A DNA stretch of 64,000 nucleotides. Origin: Longimicrobiales bacterium (GTDB lineage: Bacteria; Gemmatimonadota; Gemmatimonadetes; Longimicrobiales; Gaopeijiaceae). The translations under genes were made by a program, and so were the position numbers. Below are positions 61,518 through 64,000 of the stretch, piece by piece. Location of the stretch: contig OY730414.1 of the NCBI GenBank assembly GCA_963422615.1, positions 248,001-312,000 of the forward strand. Direction: 5' to 3'. Each line of letters opens with the position of its first letter. The stretch's first letter is position 1. Below the pieces are notes generated by a model. That model was not told the origin of the DNA. It saw only the letters and a list, made by a program, of their open reading frames with translations, and ran no database searches.

Positions 61518-62789
61518 TCACGGAATGTTGACGTTCGTCTCCCTCTCCCCTCTGGAAATGGGGAAACACAGATCCTGCTGGACCAAGTGGGAGCCTTCGT
61601 CCTGGCTCCCCGAGGGCAGCTCCAGCGGATCCAGATCGCCGGGCGTATTGTCGCGGTTCCAGCGGAAGAAGTCTCCAAGGCGGCGACCCTCCAGCCAGAG
61701 GGCCACGCCTCGCTCGAATTTGAGCGCCGTCCACGCTTCGGCCGAGCCCGATGCGGTGGCTTCGGGAACGCCGACCGCGGACCGCAAGGCGTTGATTTTG
61801 CCCATCGCGCCCTGCCAGTTACCGGAGGCGAGCATGGCTTCGGCCTCGACGAGACGCATCTCGGTTCCCTTGGAAAGGGGGATATCCGACCCCGAGTCTT
61901 CATACTTGGTCTGGGGCCACCAGGGCACCTGGCCACAACACTGAACCGCAGCGTCACCGGTCTCGTCCGTCACCCGATACGAGACCCGAGGGTCGCCTTC
62001 GGCGTTGTTCTCGCTCAAGCTGTAGTTCTCATACTTCGTATACTTCTGCGTGTGGGCCTTGTAGGGCTCGGCCTGGCTGGCGAACTGGATGCGGTTCCGG
62101 GTCGGATCACCCTTGTCCGGAAAGTACGGCATGTTCCAGACGAAGTCGTCCGGAATGCTCGCCGCATCCGACGTTGCCCCCGCCCAGTCTCCCTTGAAGG
62201 CTTTCACCGAAGCCCGGGCCGCGACCGCGGCTGTGGCCAGGTCGCCGGACCCCAGGGAGGCGGCCTGATCGAAGCGGGCGATCGCTCGATCGTAGTAGAC
62301 GCTCCGGGGGCCGGGAGCCTCTCCGTCAATCACGGACTCACAGAAGTTTTCTCCCAAAAGGCGATAGGCATATCCGGCCCAAAGGTACGCCTCCGCCAGG
62401 AGCGCCTGGGACTCGGCGCCCGTTTCCATGATCTTGGCAATCCCGTCGTCGCCCCACCAACGGGCCCGCTGGGAAAGGTTCCAGTGCGTGTTGATCGTCT
62501 CGTAGTCCAGTTCGCCGTTCTGCCATTCGACCTGAATTCCGAAGCTGCCCGTTGAACCCGAGGGGTGAACCTCCCGGGTGATCGCCGCGCCCGTATAGCC
62601 CACCCAGTTCAGCGCTTCCGAGGCAGCCCGTCCGATTCCTTTGACGATGGCCTCCTGCGCGTCCACTTCAAAGAGGAACTCTTCCTGCACCCGTCCCGGG
62701 TTGACGACATCCGTGTCGCACGCCGCCAGTACCCCAACCAGAAGGACGGGAAGAAGGATCTTCCACCGTGCCGATTGTGATGTAACCAT
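61518..62789 (-). CDS. RagB/SusD family lipoprotein (second copy)
   Basis: LAAC lipobox, LLGENFC, EMRLVEAEA, LWLEGRRLGD. Confidence 0.88.
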   Translation of the reverse strand: MVTSQSARWKILLPVLLVGVLAACDTDVVNPGRVQEEFLFEVDAQEAIVKGIGRAASEALNWVGYTGAAITREVHPSGSTGSFGIQVEWQNGELDYETINTHWNLSQRARWWGDDGIAKIMETGAESQALLAEAYLWAGYAYRLLGENFCESVIDGEAPGPRSVYYDRAIARFDQAASLGSGDLATAAVAARASVKAFKGDWAGATSDAASIPDDFVWNMPYFPDKGDPTRNRIQFASQAEPYKAHTQKYTKYENYSLSENNAEGDPRVSYRVTDETGDAAVQCCGQVPWWPQTKYEDSGSDIPLSKGTEMRLVEAEAMLASGNWQGAMGKINALRSAVGVPEATASGSAEAWTALKFERGVALWLEGRRLGDFFRWNRDNTPGDLDPLELPSGSQDEGSHLVQQDLCFPISRGERETNVNIP

Positions 62790-62815
62790 CGCTGTTCCTT
62801 TCATTCGCCCCATCT

Positions 62816-64000
62816 CTAGAAGACAACCTGGAGGGAGAAGGTGTAGTACGCCGGAGGCGGCACGTGCTCGGACATGGAGCGAACCCGGGTGTTGTAGCCG
62901 ACGTTGGCGCCGACCTCCGGATCCAGGGTCCTCATGAGGGGATCCACCCACCGGAAGAAGTTTCGCCCCGAAAAGGTAACGCTGGCCCGGGATGCTCCGA
63001 CCCTGGAGGACCACGCTTCGGGCAACGGAGCCTGGACGCTCAGCTCACGAATCTTGAAGAAGTCGGCGGGCTGGACCGCAAAGTCGCTCTCGTACCACTT
63101 CACGTCACACCGTGCCCGCTCCTCGGCGGTTAGCGCGTTGTACCCCTGAGTCTCCCAGGTGTTGTACGCCTGGAAGCAACCCGCCCACCGAACCGAACGC
63201 CGGGTGGCCGCAGCCTGGGGCCCGTTCAGCATGAAGGCCCCTCCCTGGTATTCACCCCGGGCGCTGACAAGGATACCTCCGGGAAGTCCGACGGTGGTGC
63301 TGAAACCCGCGATCGTCGTCGGCTGATTGGGACCCCAGATGCTGTCGCTTACGATTTCGGGATCGGCGTTCGCATCGGGATTGGCGACCCGCTTGGATCG
63401 AATGACCGGGGCTGGCTGTCCCTCAATCACCCAGCCGAAACCCCCGATAGAGAACTCCGGGGAGCCGCCCAAGGAAATGATCTCCGAGTTCGCGAAGGAC
63501 AAGGTCGTGCCGACGTCCCAGCTCCACACGTCGTTCCGTACGATGGCGTAGTTGATCCCGGCCTCAATCCCGCTGTTTGCCAGCTCCCCGACGTTGGCCA
63601 GCTGGGAGCTGGTGAAGCCCAGGGACGGGGTCTGGCGGACGCTGAACAAGGCGTCTGCGGTCGTTTGGTTGAAGTACGTGACATCCATGGCGAGGCGGTC
63701 TTCCAAGAACGACCCCTCGAACCCGAATTCCAGTTCCGACGTGGTTTCGGGACCCACCTTCGGGTTCCCCACATTACTGGGGACGAAGGCAGGAGTACCA
63801 CCCCAACCCAACGCAGAGAAGGTTCTGACGGCGTCGAATGCGCCGGGGGCCCGTCCGGCTTGGCCCCAGGCCGCGCGGAGCTTCAACGAACCCCAGTCGT
63901 CGTTCCAGAACGCTTCGTCGGAGATGACGTAGGAGCCGGATACCTTGGGATACGCCTGGAGGCCGAAGTCGGAACCAAAGGCCGAATTCCCGTCCACTCG
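62816..64000 (-). CDS. SusC/RagA TonB-dependent receptor, C-terminal part (truncated by the window edge)
   Basis: DGNSAFG, YPKVS, LKLRAAWG, GNPKVGPE, ADFFKIRE, C-terminal Phe. Confidence 0.9.
   Translation of the reverse strand, partial: RVDGNSAFGSDFGLQAYPKVSGSYVISDEAFWNDDWGSLKLRAAWGQAGRAPGAFDAVRTFSALGWGGTPAFVPSNVGNPKVGPETTSELEFGFEGSFLEDRLAMDVTYFNQTTADALFSVRQTPSLGFTSSQLANVGELANSGIEAGINYAIVRNDVWSWDVGTTLSFANSEIISLGGSPEFSIGGFGWVIEGQPAPVIRSKRVANPDANADPEIVSDSIWGPNQPTTIAGFSTTVGLPGGILVSARGEYQGGAFMLNGPQAAATRRSVRWAGCFQAYNTWETQGYNALTAEERARCDVKWYESDFAVQPADFFKIRELSVQAPLPEAWSSRVGASRASVTFSGRNFFRWVDPLMRTLDPEVGANVGYNTRVRSMSEHVPPPAYYTFSLQVVF

Overview
High-GC bacterial chromosomal window. SusC/SusD pairs, VPS10/BNR-repeat proteins and the class II RNR layout suggest Gemmatimonadota (inference). 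(1) 1-15 kb is housekeeping: murQ, a membrane glycosyltransferase, a peptidase-TolB-Omp85 protein, nrdJ, an M20 amidohydrolase, a nitrilase and rocD. (2) About 15.2-32.1 kb is a visibly less GC-rich defence island. It holds a complete type III-B effector operon (csx1-like, cmr1, HD-less cas10/cmr2, cmr3-6) with no cas1/cas2/cas6 and no CRISPR array in the window. Its ancillary effector has an unusual CARF-HEPN-CARF layout. It is followed by two back-to-back gene remnants, a 1990-aa DUF4011-helicase-Vsr-DUF3320 (Hhe-like) gene and a Fic gene. (3) 32-45 kb has two BNR proteins, tRNA-Arg(TCG), rplU-rpmA and a 17-gene CCA-less tRNA cluster. In that cluster two different tRNA-Ser genes are each followed by copies of one ~123-bp structured element that ends in a duplicate of its own host tRNA's 3' end. 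(4) 45-64 kb has ligA, an amidohydrolase, an RnfD-like membrane protein, orphan lipoproteins, two SusC/SusD pairs and an AAA_14/DUF4143 ATPase. The best candidates for something new are the tRNA-Ser-linked element and the array-less III-B module with its double-CARF effector. All calls come from reading motifs by eye; no database searches were run.
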